Positions 29,586 to 39,539 of a stretch of 64,000 nucleotides of DNA are shown piece after piece. Both the position numbers and the translations under genes were made by a program. The stretch is from Candidatus Heimdallarchaeota archaeon. Lineage in GTDB: Archaea > Asgardarchaeota > Heimdallarchaeia > Hodarchaeales > Hodarchaeaceae. Within the stretch, counting starts at the first letter, position 1, and each line of letters begins with the position of its first letter. The notes under the pieces were generated by a model. The model had not been told where the DNA came from, ran no database searches, and saw nothing but the letters and a program-made list of their open reading frames with translations. The stretch is from NCBI GenBank assembly GCA_019057635.1, contig DXJL01000113.1:51713-115712 (forward strand), written 5' to 3'.

Positions 29586-31453
29586 TGGATGGGCGATTTA
29601 TTTTTGAATCTGAGGATAATCGTTATGTTCCTGATACCTCTGTGGTCATAAACGGAGGATTAAAAAAACTACTCGTCGATAACCGGATAAAACCTGGTTC
29701 TACTATCACAATTCCGATTGCGCTTCTTGCCGAACTTGAAAATCAAGCAAATCTAGGAATGAAAGTTGGTTTAACAGGTCTGGAACAATTAAATTCTATT
29801 AGAGCTACGTGTGAACAAAAACAAATTACTTTTAGCATGGGGGGAAGAAAACCTCGTCAATTCGAATTAGGGGAAATTGATGCCTTAATACGTGAATTGG
29901 CATGGAAGGAAGGAGGAACTCTGATTACTTCTGATAATATTCAAAATTTGAGTGCTCAATCAATGGGTGTTAAAACCTTATTTATTGAGGCAAAAACTCT
30001 AATACAGTATGATAAGCGATTGAAGATTGATCAGTATTTTGATAATGAAACTATGAGTATTCATATAAAACAAGGGACAAATGTATTTGTGAAGAAGGGC
30101 ATACCAGGTACCGTTAAGTTTATACAATTCTCCTCCGAAATTATCACGAAAGAAGTAATTATTGATTACGCTGATGAGATTCTTGATAAGGCAGCTTACT
30201 TTCCAGATACTTTTATTGAAATTGACAGAAAAACATCAACCATTGTCCAATATGAAGACAGACGGATTGTAATAACTCGTCCTCCATTTTCTGATGGTTG
30301 GGAAATTACAGCCGTTCGACCATTGAAACGAATGTCGTTAGAAGAGTATGGCCTTTCATCCCGTTTAAACCAACGTCTTGAAGAAAAGGCAGAAGGGATT
30401 TTGGTCGCAGGAAGTCCTGGAGCAGGAAAAACAACTTTCACACGTGCTTTAGCTCTTTTTTATTCTGATAAAGGAAAAATCATTAAGACTATTGAATCTC
30501 CGAGAGATTTAGATCTCAAGGTAGAAATTACCCAATATTCAAAGAACTACGGTACCCACTCCGAAATTCATGACATTCTGTTATTATCTAGACCAGATTA
30601 TACCATTTTTGATGAAATTCGTGATCGTGACGATTTTCGCTTGTACACAGATTTACGTTTATCTGGAATCGGGTTAATAGGAGTTATTCACTCCAGTACA
30701 GCGATAGATGCAATACAAAGATTTATTGGGAAACTTGAACTAGGAGTAATTCCTAGTGTCCTTGATACAATATTGTTTATCGATTCTGGTCAAATACAGA
30801 CCATTTTGGACGTAAAGATGACGGTAAAGGTTCCTTCAGGGTTAGTTGAGAGTGACCTTGCTCGACCAGTAATTGAAGTGAGAGATTTCTTAACGGGAAG
30901 TGTAGTATATGAAATGTACACATTTGGAGAACAAACAGTTGTAATACCTTTGCAAAATACTGATTATACTACAAAAGAAGTCAAACCTGAACGTTTATCG
31001 GAGATAAAAAGTATTATAGAACAATATACAAGCCAATCGGTTGAAATTGTTCCTAAAGATAGATATGGGCATCGTTTCGAAATACACGCACATGAAGAAG
31101 ACATACCTATTGTGATTGGGCAAAAAGGAGCCACAATTAAGAAGCTAGAACGAATCCTCAATGTAAAACTTGATGTGAATAAATCTCATAACTTTTATAA
31201 TTCAATTTTAGGTCACCTTAGCCGTCAAAATATTGCTTTTCACAAACGTACCATTACCATTAGTTTTCCTAAACGACTTAAAAACCGAGATATTCGTTTC
31301 TTTTTTCAAGAATCTGATGATTCCTCCCCCGTCGAATTTTTTACTGCCACTACATCTAAATCAGGAAGAATTAAGCTAGCAACAAATAGTGAAATAGGGG
31401 ATATTTTCCAGAAGGCTTTCAAAGATGAAAACATATCATTATTCTGGAAATGA
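29585..31453 (+). CDS. PINA-type PIN-domain ATPase with KH domain
   Basis: PDTS PIN motif, GSPGAGKTT, DEIRD, VIGQKG KH motif. Confidence 0.9.
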   Translation: MDGRFIFESEDNRYVPDTSVVINGGLKKLLVDNRIKPGSTITIPIALLAELENQANLGMKVGLTGLEQLNSIRATCEQKQITFSMGGRKPRQFELGEIDALIRELAWKEGGTLITSDNIQNLSAQSMGVKTLFIEAKTLIQYDKRLKIDQYFDNETMSIHIKQGTNVFVKKGIPGTVKFIQFSSEIITKEVIIDYADEILDKAAYFPDTFIEIDRKTSTIVQYEDRRIVITRPPFSDGWEITAVRPLKRMSLEEYGLSSRLNQRLEEKAEGILVAGSPGAGKTTFTRALALFYSDKGKIIKTIESPRDLDLKVEITQYSKNYGTHSEIHDILLLSRPDYTIFDEIRDRDDFRLYTDLRLSGIGLIGVIHSSTAIDAIQRFIGKLELGVIPSVLDTILFIDSGQIQTILDVKMTVKVPSGLVESDLARPVIEVRDFLTGSVVYEMYTFGEQTVVIPLQNTDYTTKEVKPERLSEIKSIIEQYTSQSVEIVPKDRYGHRFEIHAHEEDIPIVIGQKGATIKKLERILNVKLDVNKSHNFYNSILGHLSRQNIAFHKRTITISFPKRLKNRDIRFFFQESDDSSPVEFFTATTSKSGRIKLATNSEIGDIFQKAFKDENISLFWK

Positions 31454-31500
31454 ACCTCTAAGAATGAAAAAAGGGGTTTTCCCTCTCACCTTTCTAGTTC

Positions 31501-33177
31501 TTATTCTTCCTTGAAAATTTCTCTTAGGCGACGGAGTTCTTTCAGCATTTCCCCTCGTAATTCTGCGATGCTTGTGGATCTTGCATCAGCTATCAAATCA
31601 AGAGGAGAATCACTTGCCTGTCCAGTAGGCATTACAGGTTCAGGTACTGCCGGTGATGGGGGGGGAACACTTGCTAAAGGCATTGGAGGGGGAGTTACGG
31701 GAGGGGTGGAAGGTGGGGGAGGAGGAGAAGTTGGAAGACCTACAGGTTTAGATTGTACTGAAGGCGCTTTTGGAATCGGTTTTGGTAAAGGTGTTTCACC
31801 CAATACGGAATCAAAGAGAGCACCGACCTTATCAGCTTCTGGAGTTCCTGGTTTTGCCTTTCGAAGACTACCAACTTTTGTTTTGTATGATTTGATTCGT
31901 CCTTCATAGTGCTTTACTAATGATTCATACACTCTAGGTCGAAACTTATCATCCCTTAAAGCTTCTTTGAACTGGTTTATTAGGTTATTTTCATTCTTAC
32001 TCAATATTTCGAGATATGTAACCATTTCCGTTGGAGTAGTTTTTAAATCCAGGAAAGAATCAGTAGAAACATCTGATGTCTGGAAATCCCCACTAACTTC
32101 TTCTGTCTCAAAGTAAAGAACTGAAGTAATGAAAATCATTGAAACTAATGAGAACACTGATCCGTACATAAACATTACATCCCATGAGTAGCCCAAGAAA
32201 GTATAGTCTAGATTTGACAAATTGAGTAATTCTTGTACTTGGGAAGAAGATGATAAGACAAGAATAAATGACATTAATACCATAAAAAATCCGATAAGTA
32301 ATGTTAGGAACCAAATCAGTTTTAATTTATCTAAAACACCACTAAATTTTCTCGAACTGGAAAGAAAAGCCGCTGTTGAGAGTAAAAGTAAGCTTCCAAA
32401 CGAATAAATAACATACCATTCAGTGTCAGCGGGAATGGGATCAAGAATTTCTATACCAATTAAAAGTGAAAGAATAACTACTACAAATCCAAACACAAAT
32501 CCAATTAGCCAGAGTAACCTTGTATTGTCGAGAAAATTTCGGAAACCATGACTTGCGGATATTAACAAGGGAAAAACGCCTAAAATTAGGAATATACCAC
32601 CACTCAAAAATAGGACGTCCCATGAAGTACCTCCAATTAGTGGTATCGTTGTGAGTAAATCATCGATGTAATGGCCATATGCCAACATAGACGCTATTTC
32701 TAGAATCAATCCTATCACTATTAGGAATAAATATAGAAATTTGAGATTCCATAAGCGTTCACGATCACGAACACCAAATAATAGTGGCAATAAACTCACA
32801 CAGAAGACAACACCAGAAAGAATAAAGTAATCGAACCAAATGGTAATTTCTGTGTCAATCGCAGTTACAAAACCACCATAAACTAACAATGAATAAATAA
32901 TGCCTAAAATGCTGATACTGAATAAGAGTATTAAATGAGGATATATCTTCTTTACACTCATTTTCCCTCTGGCATCCATCACTGACAATGAAGGTAAAGC
33001 CGTTATGATTGTCAAGTAAAAGCCGAAAGCAAATAAGATTTTATAATCTAAACCTATTAGCAATCTATCTGCTGAAGCTACGCCAGAATAGTAGAGAAAA
33101 CCTAGTACAATGCTGAATATACCAATTACTGTAAGTGTGAGAAGTCCTCTTGACGTTTTTACAAATGTTTCTCTCAA
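31501..33177 (-). CDS. Multi-pass membrane protein with coiled coil, polyproline tract and C-terminal amphipathic helix
   Basis: About 10 hydrophobic segments; SPPPPPSTPPVTPPPMP; IAELRGEMLKELRRLREIF. Confidence 0.8.
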   Translation of the reverse strand: MRETFVKTSRGLLTLTVIGIFSIVLGFLYYSGVASADRLLIGLDYKILFAFGFYLTIITALPSLSVMDARGKMSVKKIYPHLILLFSISILGIIYSLLVYGGFVTAIDTEITIWFDYFILSGVVFCVSLLPLLFGVRDRERLWNLKFLYLFLIVIGLILEIASMLAYGHYIDDLLTTIPLIGGTSWDVLFLSGGIFLILGVFPLLISASHGFRNFLDNTRLLWLIGFVFGFVVVILSLLIGIEILDPIPADTEWYVIYSFGSLLLLSTAAFLSSSRKFSGVLDKLKLIWFLTLLIGFFMVLMSFILVLSSSSQVQELLNLSNLDYTFLGYSWDVMFMYGSVFSLVSMIFITSVLYFETEEVSGDFQTSDVSTDSFLDLKTTPTEMVTYLEILSKNENNLINQFKEALRDDKFRPRVYESLVKHYEGRIKSYKTKVGSLRKAKPGTPEADKVGALFDSVLGETPLPKPIPKAPSVQSKPVGLPTSPPPPPSTPPVTPPPMPLASVPPPSPAVPEPVMPTGQASDSPLDLIADARSTSIAELRGEMLKELRRLREIFKEE

Positions 33178-33696
33178 AAAATAAATCTCCTTATCACAAG
33201 TTCAGATAAATCTGTTTAGGAATAAGTCTAATACCTACTAATATAAGTCTAGTCTTATTTCAAATATTGTTGCTTTGCCGACAAAAAGTCAGTATTTAGA
33301 ATAATTTCAAGAATTTCGACTCCTTCTTGAGTAAATGAAGCATTTTTCTATTTATACCAACAAAGAATTATCCTCGCAAAAACTACTATCAAGATAACTA
33401 ATAAGATTACACTTTTATACATAAGGAAATAGTTTATTGACCAAATTATGAAATAGATCCAATATTAAGGCTTTTAATCAGTTAGAGTTTTTATATTATC
33501 AGAGTTTTTTTTTAGGAAATATATCAAACTTCAAGAAAAGATCAAAAGACAATATTAGAATTCCAGAAAAATGATGGAAAACTTCATCCTAGAGTTTAGT
33601 AACTCCAGAAAAGCATATTAAGAGTAGGTAGATATCAAAAGATATAATGAGAACAAAAAAAATCTTATAAGGACTAATTAACACCCAAATTAAATA

Positions 33697-33813
33697 GCCG
33701 GGGTATTCTAGTCCGGCAGGAAGCATGCCTGGAAATATCATGATAAGGATTCATCCTTTCAACTAAAAAGCATGTGCTCTTTGAGCTCGAGAGTTCAAAT
33801 CTCTCCCCCGGCG
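33697..33813 (+). tRNA. tRNA-Ser(GGA) with 34-nt intron at 37/38 (33735-33768)
   Basis: GCCGGGG/CCCCGGC acceptor; CATGC-CT GGA A[intron]A-GCATG; variable arm; upstream of rps13 as is common in archaea. Confidence 0.9.
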
Positions 33814-34114
33814 CTTAATTCTGAACATTTCAGCCATTTAGATGTAATAATTATAAATTATAGATATTTACAGCAACTATTAGGAAATTTTCTATTCGAA
33901 AATCTCATTTCAGAAGTGGGAGGAAACCTTTGAGTTCACCCGTATCAAATCTCACAAAAAGCCACAATCGAATGAAATCGCGATGTGTTCGTAACCATAA
34001 TATAGGGCATTCAAACTCCTTTTCAACCAGAGGAGAATAGCAAAACGGATAACCCCTTATAGTGTTTGATGTTCAAACTATTCATTATTGAACAAATATT
34101 AGTAGGAATGAATT

Positions 34115-34573
34115 TTGGAGTATAATCACCAATTAAGGATTGCAGGAGCCGATTGTCCAGGAAATTGGCTTGTAGCTCATGCTATTACCAAGATACGTGG
34201 AGTAGGCTACCGTCTTGCTACTCAGATTTGCCATAAAGCTGAAATCGACCCTGAAATGCGATGTGGGTTCTTAACTGAAGACGAAGTTCAGTTAATAGAG
34301 GATGTTATTACAAATTGCTCCGCCTTTGATATCCCCGCTTGGATGTTAAATCGTCAGAAGGATATTGAATCAGGTGAAGATTTGCATATAATTAGTAATG
34401 ATTTAATTGATATAATTAGGCTTGATATTGAACGAGAGAAAAAGACCCGATCTTATAGAGGAATTCGACACTACTTGGGTCTCCCTGTCCGTGGGCAGAG
34501 AACAAAAACCTCTGGCCGTGGTGGAACCACGATAGGAGTGTCAAAAAAGAAAGTAAAGCAATCAGGTGAATAA
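34115..34573 (+). CDS. rps13: 30S ribosomal protein uS13
   Basis: IRGVG, WMLNRQKD, SYRGIRH..GLPVRGQRT. Confidence 0.97.
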   Translation: MEYNHQLRIAGADCPGNWLVAHAITKIRGVGYRLATQICHKAEIDPEMRCGFLTEDEVQLIEDVITNCSAFDIPAWMLNRQKDIESGEDLHIISNDLIDIIRLDIEREKKTRSYRGIRHYLGLPVRGQRTKTSGRGGTTIGVSKKKVKQSGE

Positions 34574-34574
34574 A

Positions 34575-35132
34575 ATGGGAGATCCTAGAAAATTAAGAAA
34601 AAAGCTTGAAGGTCCTCGCCATCCATTCAATAAAACACGTATTGAAGAAGAAATGCAGTATATGGGGCGGTTTGGGCTCAGAAATAAAAAAGAAATTTGG
34701 AAGGCTCAAACAATTCTTCGCAAATATAGATCAAGAGCTCGTGCCTCTCTTGCTTTACCAGAGTCCCAAAGAGAAACAGAAAGAAATAATCTAGTTAAGA
34801 AATTATTTCGTATGGGAATTATGACAAACGAAGAGGGATTGACTGATGATGTTCTTTCTCTGAATGTAGAGCAATTTTTAAAACGAAGATTACAATCTAT
34901 TGTTCACGAACTCGGTTTAGCAAATACTCCTTGGCAAGCTCGACAAATGATTTGCCATGGACACATTGCACTCGAAGGCCGAAAAGTTACTGCTCCTAGT
35001 TATCATGTGAAACGTGGTGAGGAAGAATCAATAACTTTTTCTCCAAGTTCTCCATATAATGATTCTGCACATCCAGCTTTGAGTGTACCCGCTTCAAGAG
35101 CTGTTAGACCTCCTCCCTCGGAGGAACATTAA
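34575..35132 (+). CDS. rps4: 30S ribosomal protein uS4
   Basis: MGDPRK, GLRNKKEIW, RRLQ, ARQMICHGHI. Confidence 0.96.
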   Translation: MGDPRKLRKKLEGPRHPFNKTRIEEEMQYMGRFGLRNKKEIWKAQTILRKYRSRARASLALPESQRETERNNLVKKLFRMGIMTNEEGLTDDVLSLNVEQFLKRRLQSIVHELGLANTPWQARQMICHGHIALEGRKVTAPSYHVKRGEEESITFSPSSPYNDSAHPALSVPASRAVRPPPSEEH

Positions 35133-35159
35133 TTTTTTCGAACAAGTTGGTTATTAAAT

Positions 35160-35561
35160 ATGTCTAAAGCAAATAAAAATCCTTCTACTGGAATCGCTCA
35201 TATCTTAAGCTCTTATAATAATACAATAATAACTTTGACTGATATGACTGGCGCTGAAACCATTGCCAAATCTTCAGGCGGACAAGTTGTTCGTGCAGAT
35301 CGCAACCAGTCATCTCCTTATGCTGCAATGAAAGTTGGACATGAAATAGCTAGAGCTGCAAAAGAAAAAGGGATAAGGAAAATCGTGGTCAAAGTTAGAG
35401 CCCCTGGAGGTTCTGGTGCTCGAAACCCTGGCCCTGGCGCTCAAGCAGCTATACGAGCAATTGCACGTTCAGGATTGCAAATCACACGAATTGAAGAAGT
35501 AACACCCATTCCTCACGATAGTACAAGACAACGTGGTGGAAGACGTGGACGTCGTGTGTAA
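35160..35561 (+). CDS. rps11: 30S ribosomal protein uS11
   Basis: [30 protein letters not shown]. Confidence 0.97.
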   Translation: MSKANKNPSTGIAHILSSYNNTIITLTDMTGAETIAKSSGGQVVRADRNQSSPYAAMKVGHEIARAAKEKGIRKIVVKVRAPGGSGARNPGPGAQAAIRAIARSGLQITRIEEVTPIPHDSTRQRGGRRGRRV

Positions 35562-35652
35562 GGTAAGAAGAAGCTGTTAAGTGGTTTTACTCCAAGTCTG
35601 TTTGGAAATTGAGCTGAAAATTTGTTCCACAGGTGTTCTATCTATTCAGAAC

Positions 35653-36627
35653 TCAAACTTTCTTCCAAGATGAGGGATAAGTTTCTTTTTTCATAAAAAC
35701 AGCAATGGGTTTCGCGCATATCCCATTTTTTAAATCCGCTATTTTCTTACTTGTCAATATACTTCTTCCAAAAGCTACTAGTTCTCCTTTCATTGTAAGG
35801 ATCGCCAGTAAAGAATTTTTATCAATATTTCTTGTAAACTGAATTATACCAGGAAGAGTTAGCTGGGCACCATGACAAATTGCATCAACGGCTGAGTCCC
35901 GTATGAATATTTTAGGTAAATGAACACAAATCGCTTCTATGGGCTGAATTATTTCACGAATTAAGGTTTCATCGCCATTTTCATTATAATAATGCCACGC
36001 ATCAGTCAAATCTTGCAAAGTTCTACTCATATTCTCATTAAACGGTCCTGTATGAGTGCGTCTTAATTCATGCATATGTGCCCCTGTGCCTAGAATTAAC
36101 CCAATATCATGACAAAGTTTACGAATATAAGTCCCTGCCTCACATTTAATTCTCAGTAATGAATATTGAGATTCTTGGTGTTCAATAAGCTCTAGTGAAT
36201 AGATCTTTCTTACACGTAATTGCCTTTTAACATTACTTCTAATTGGAGGAGTTTGATAAATTTTTCCTCGAAATATTCCAAGTATTTCTTCTACTTCCTG
36301 CTGTGTTCTAGGTTCATGAAGCTTCATAATGCAGATGTACTCCTTACCTGCAGGTAGTAACACTTGAAGTGAACGTGTTGCACGACCTAGAGCGATAGGT
36401 AAACATCCCGTGACAGCAGGATCAAGTGTACCGCCATGACCTGCCTTTTTAATCCCGAGGATATGTTTTACCCACGCTGTAACTTCATGAGAGGTGGGAT
36501 TCGCAGGTTTATCAAGATTTATGATCCCTAGATTTAGAAGTCCTGGAACACTACGTTTTTCTGGAGATAGACCATAATCAGGACTTGTATGGTAATTTGC
36601 AACCTTTACAAAAAAAGGGGAAGTCAT
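35653..36627 (-). CDS. cbf5: H/ACA RNA-guided pseudouridine synthase Cbf5
   Basis: DKPANPTSHEV, GHGGTLDP, GTYIRKLCHD, PUA domain. Confidence 0.96.
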   Translation of the reverse strand: MTSPFFVKVANYHTSPDYGLSPEKRSVPGLLNLGIINLDKPANPTSHEVTAWVKHILGIKKAGHGGTLDPAVTGCLPIALGRATRSLQVLLPAGKEYICIMKLHEPRTQQEVEEILGIFRGKIYQTPPIRSNVKRQLRVRKIYSLELIEHQESQYSLLRIKCEAGTYIRKLCHDIGLILGTGAHMHELRRTHTGPFNENMSRTLQDLTDAWHYYNENGDETLIREIIQPIEAICVHLPKIFIRDSAVDAICHGAQLTLPGIIQFTRNIDKNSLLAILTMKGELVAFGRSILTSKKIADLKNGICAKPIAVFMKKETYPSSWKKV

Positions 36628-36657
36628 AAAAAGATCCCAAAAATGGAAAAAGAAGAT

Positions 36658-36936
36658 TCAGACAGTAATCTGTATAGGTTCTTTAATCGCTTCAAGGAGA
36701 TCCGCTTTTTCAAGCGCTTTTTGTATTGCATCATCTTTTGCTCCCCGTTTAATACTAATAATTGTATCTAAGGGGCGAATGTGCTTTATATTACAGCGAC
36801 GTCGTTTAACAGCGGATACACCACCACCGGAAATCAAAACAAAGTTTTGATCAACTAAATCAACGATCACTGCTTTCATTAGCGCCTCGCGTCCGGCGGT
36901 CTTTACAATAACTCTACCAACTTCAATCGCAGCCAT
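36658..36936 (-). CDS. rpl14e: 50S ribosomal protein eL14
   Basis: IEVGRV.VKTAGREA, VKRRRCNIKHI. Confidence 0.95.
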   Translation of the reverse strand: MAAIEVGRVIVKTAGREALMKAVIVDLVDQNFVLISGGGVSAVKRRRCNIKHIRPLDTIISIKRGAKDDAIQKALEKADLLEAIKEPIQITV

Positions 36937-37475
36937 CTATATTCATTCCTCTAGTTAGAATACGCATCTTTTGAGATAAAAGCAGAAAATGTACACAAAT
37001 CTTTGCATGAACGGACGGGTGCCTTAAATTCTGCCTAAATTCAAGTATGGCCTTTTTTAAGTATAATTCATATAACTTTCTAACTGACAAAATAGCTAAA
37101 TCAAACTAGAAGTGTCGAAATGACCCCCTGAGAATGATAATTAGATCTTATAATGAAAGAGTATTAATTCCCTTATTATTTCATTGGATCAGTTAAAAAT
37201 CCCTTAATTTTCCTATTTTACAAAAAAAAATATTCAATGAAGCCCAAAAATAGCTATCCGTAAATTATTCTTGGAATAGGAGGAAGTTATTCAAAAATCC
37301 TTTGAGATTTCCTTATCTCGTGGATATCTATTCTCTTTTAATGTTTTAAGATCGTCTCCAGATGATTCAGTCTATCTCTATTTTCCCTTTTCAAGAATGA
37401 TTATTTATTAAGAATGGATGAAACAGTCATAACTGAAAATTAGAATCAATCCTTTGTTATGGTTCGGGTTCAAAA

Positions 37476-37580
37476 GCTGCTGTGGCTTAGTTGGTAGAGC
37501 GACAGACTCGTAAGATTTATAGAAGATCATAATAACTCCGAGATATCTGTTGGCCGTGGGTTCAAGTCCCACCAGCAGCT
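37476..37580 (+). tRNA. tRNA-Thr(CGT) with 32-nt intron at 37/38 (37513-37544)
   Basis: GCTGCTG/CAGCAGC acceptor; ACAGA-CT CGT A[intron]A-TCTGT; canonical BHB helix CTCG/CGAG. Confidence 0.93.
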
Positions 37581-37616
37581 CTAATCCACTATACCTCTTT
37601 AAGAATTCCGATCTAA

Positions 37617-38456
37617 CTATTTCATCTTAAAGAAGTCAGTAAAAGTGTAGATGGGAAAATCCGTGTAATGATCGATAATCTCAGTGATCTGTACTAGGGT
37701 ATTCTTTTGAAAATTTCTTACTATCTCTTTCTGGTTCTCCGTTTTGACTAATGACTCTAACTTCTGAAAATAATCATTGGTTCGTGTCTTCCATTCTCCC
37801 CTAGATCGTCTATCGATCCGATAGATGATCGGTGTTTCGATTTCCTCAATACTAACACCGTTCTGATGAACATAATGCCAAAATACTAATGGAAATGAAT
37901 AACCAGCGTGATCCATTTTTGAAGGCAGACTTCGTACTCTATATCCTTTTAACCCACAAAAAGCATCAGTTATTTGAATATCAAATATTTCGTTAATTGT
38001 TCTAGTGAGAAACATATTTGTAACATATCTATCAACAGGAACTTTGGTATTATCTTTCCAGAACCTATACGTCAAATACCTACTTGTTGAGATTAGGTCA
38101 AGCTCTGAATTTGTTGCCAATTTATCAATTATCTCTTTAATGGTGAAAGGAGCATGTTGCAAATCAGCATCAAATGTAATTAATACGTCATACCCTTTCT
38201 TTGCTTCCTTAAACAAAGTGAGGATTGTGTTTCCATATCCTAGGGGCCCTCGCTCATGGCGAACGATTTTTAGATGATAGCTTAATGAAAGCTCTTCGTA
38301 TATTTCACGGGATTGGTCTGTGCTTCCATCATCAGCGATAAGAACGTCAATCTCGTAATTTTGACACTCTGAGTGTAAAAACTCATAGAGAGAGACTAAA
38401 CACTCATGGAGATATGCCTGTTCATTGTGCAGTGGAATACCGATTAGAATTTTAAT
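37617..38456 (-). CDS. GT2 glycosyltransferase (DPM1-like), probable ATT start
   Basis: Frame is open upstream of the track's TTG and encodes IPLHNE, DDGSTD and GYG; DADLQH and TDAFCG lie further in; GGAGG sits 7 nt before ATT. Confidence 0.85.
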   Translation of the reverse strand: MKILIGIPLHNEQAYLHECLVSLYEFLHSECQNYEIDVLIADDGSTDQSREIYEELSLSYHLKIVRHERGPLGYGNTILTLFKEAKKGYDVLITFDADLQHAPFTIKEIIDKLATNSELDLISTSRYLTYRFWKDNTKVPVDRYVTNMFLTRTINEIFDIQITDAFCGLKGYRVRSLPSKMDHAGYSFPLVFWHYVHQNGVSIEEIETPIIYRIDRRSRGEWKTRTNDYFQKLESLVKTENQKEIVRNFQKNTLVQITEIIDHYTDFPIYTFTDFFKMK

Positions 38457-38882
38457 ATGGAATCCTCCTACATAAGGAGAGGTTATAAGGGGAGATATAG
38501 TGTCAATATAGAAAGACTAGGAGTTAACTTATCAATCATTTTGATAAGAATGAAAATTCACGTTTGTACATTCCTTCCATTGAGGTGGAAAAAATTCTTG
38601 TAAAGGAATCTTTTTCTTTGTGGAAGGCGGTTACAGGACTAAACTTGTCAAACTATTACAATTGGTTTATAGTAGGTTAACAAAGTCAAAATACATAATA
38701 TAATGTCGTTAATTTATAATAAAAGTAAAGAAGCTTAGAAATAGGTTTTACTTGGGATGATCCTTACGAAGTTAAGTTCATTTCAAACTGAAGTTTTCTG
38801 AAATCCTTTTAAAACTTCTTTTTCTCGGGTAGAATAGAGTGTTCTAAGAACACGGTGACAAATACGTCAATCAGATAGGAGA

Positions 38883-39323
38883 ATGGTAGATATATTGACT
38901 GAGTTTGATCCTGAACTTCAAGAGATTTTGAAAAAGAAGGCTTCATCGTTAAAAAAAGACGCATCTTTCTTCAATGAAGTGAATCAAAATGGAGTCACTC
39001 ACGTTGACAATTCAAATATCGATAAGATTATTCAATCCTCTCCTCTACCTGTCTTAGTAGATTTTTCTGCTGATGCATGGTGCAGACCTTGTCAAGTAAT
39101 GGCTCCAGTGTACGAAGAATTAAGTCACGAATATGCCAAAAAGGTTGTATTTCTTAAAATTAACACTGATCACAACCAACAAGCATCTGGTAGATATCGA
39201 ATTTTTTCTGTACCAACCTTTATCATGTTTAAATCAGGTGAGCGAGTAGCGCAACGAGCTGGCGCAGCTCCAAAAGCTAAATTTAAAACATGGATTGAGG
39301 AGATTTTATCAAGCAGTGCCTAA
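38883..39323 (+). CDS. trxA: Thioredoxin
   Basis: WCRPC active site, SVPT cis-Pro motif. Confidence 0.92.
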   Translation: MVDILTEFDPELQEILKKKASSLKKDASFFNEVNQNGVTHVDNSNIDKIIQSSPLPVLVDFSADAWCRPCQVMAPVYEELSHEYAKKVVFLKINTDHNQQASGRYRIFSVPTFIMFKSGERVAQRAGAAPKAKFKTWIEEILSSSA

Positions 39324-39369
39324 TAATTTGAAATAGCAAATAATGAATTACCAAGTAGTGTGAAGTATT

Positions 39370-39438
39370 TTGAGAGAAAAATGGAAGAAAAAACGGCTGA
39401 GAAAAAGAAAACGTAAAGAACGAAGAAGGAAAGGATAA
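39370..39438 (+). CDS. rpl41e: Ribosomal protein eL41 (eS32), 22 aa, not in the ORF track
   Basis: TTG-started MREKWKKKRLRKRKRKERRRKG matches the eL41 pattern MRxKWxKKRxR. Confidence 0.85.
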   Translation: MREKWKKKRLRKRKRKERRRKG

Positions 39439-39539
39439 TTTCTCGTCTATTTTTCTGCAAGATATATGTCCCTAGTGATGATAAGACCTAAATCTTGCCA
39501 CGATTACTTCTTTTGAACCATAAGGTGTGTTCACAAAAA

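Noticed and set aside
31511-31909. Gly-rich 132-aa ORF
   Set aside because: It is the antisense shadow of the polyproline tract.
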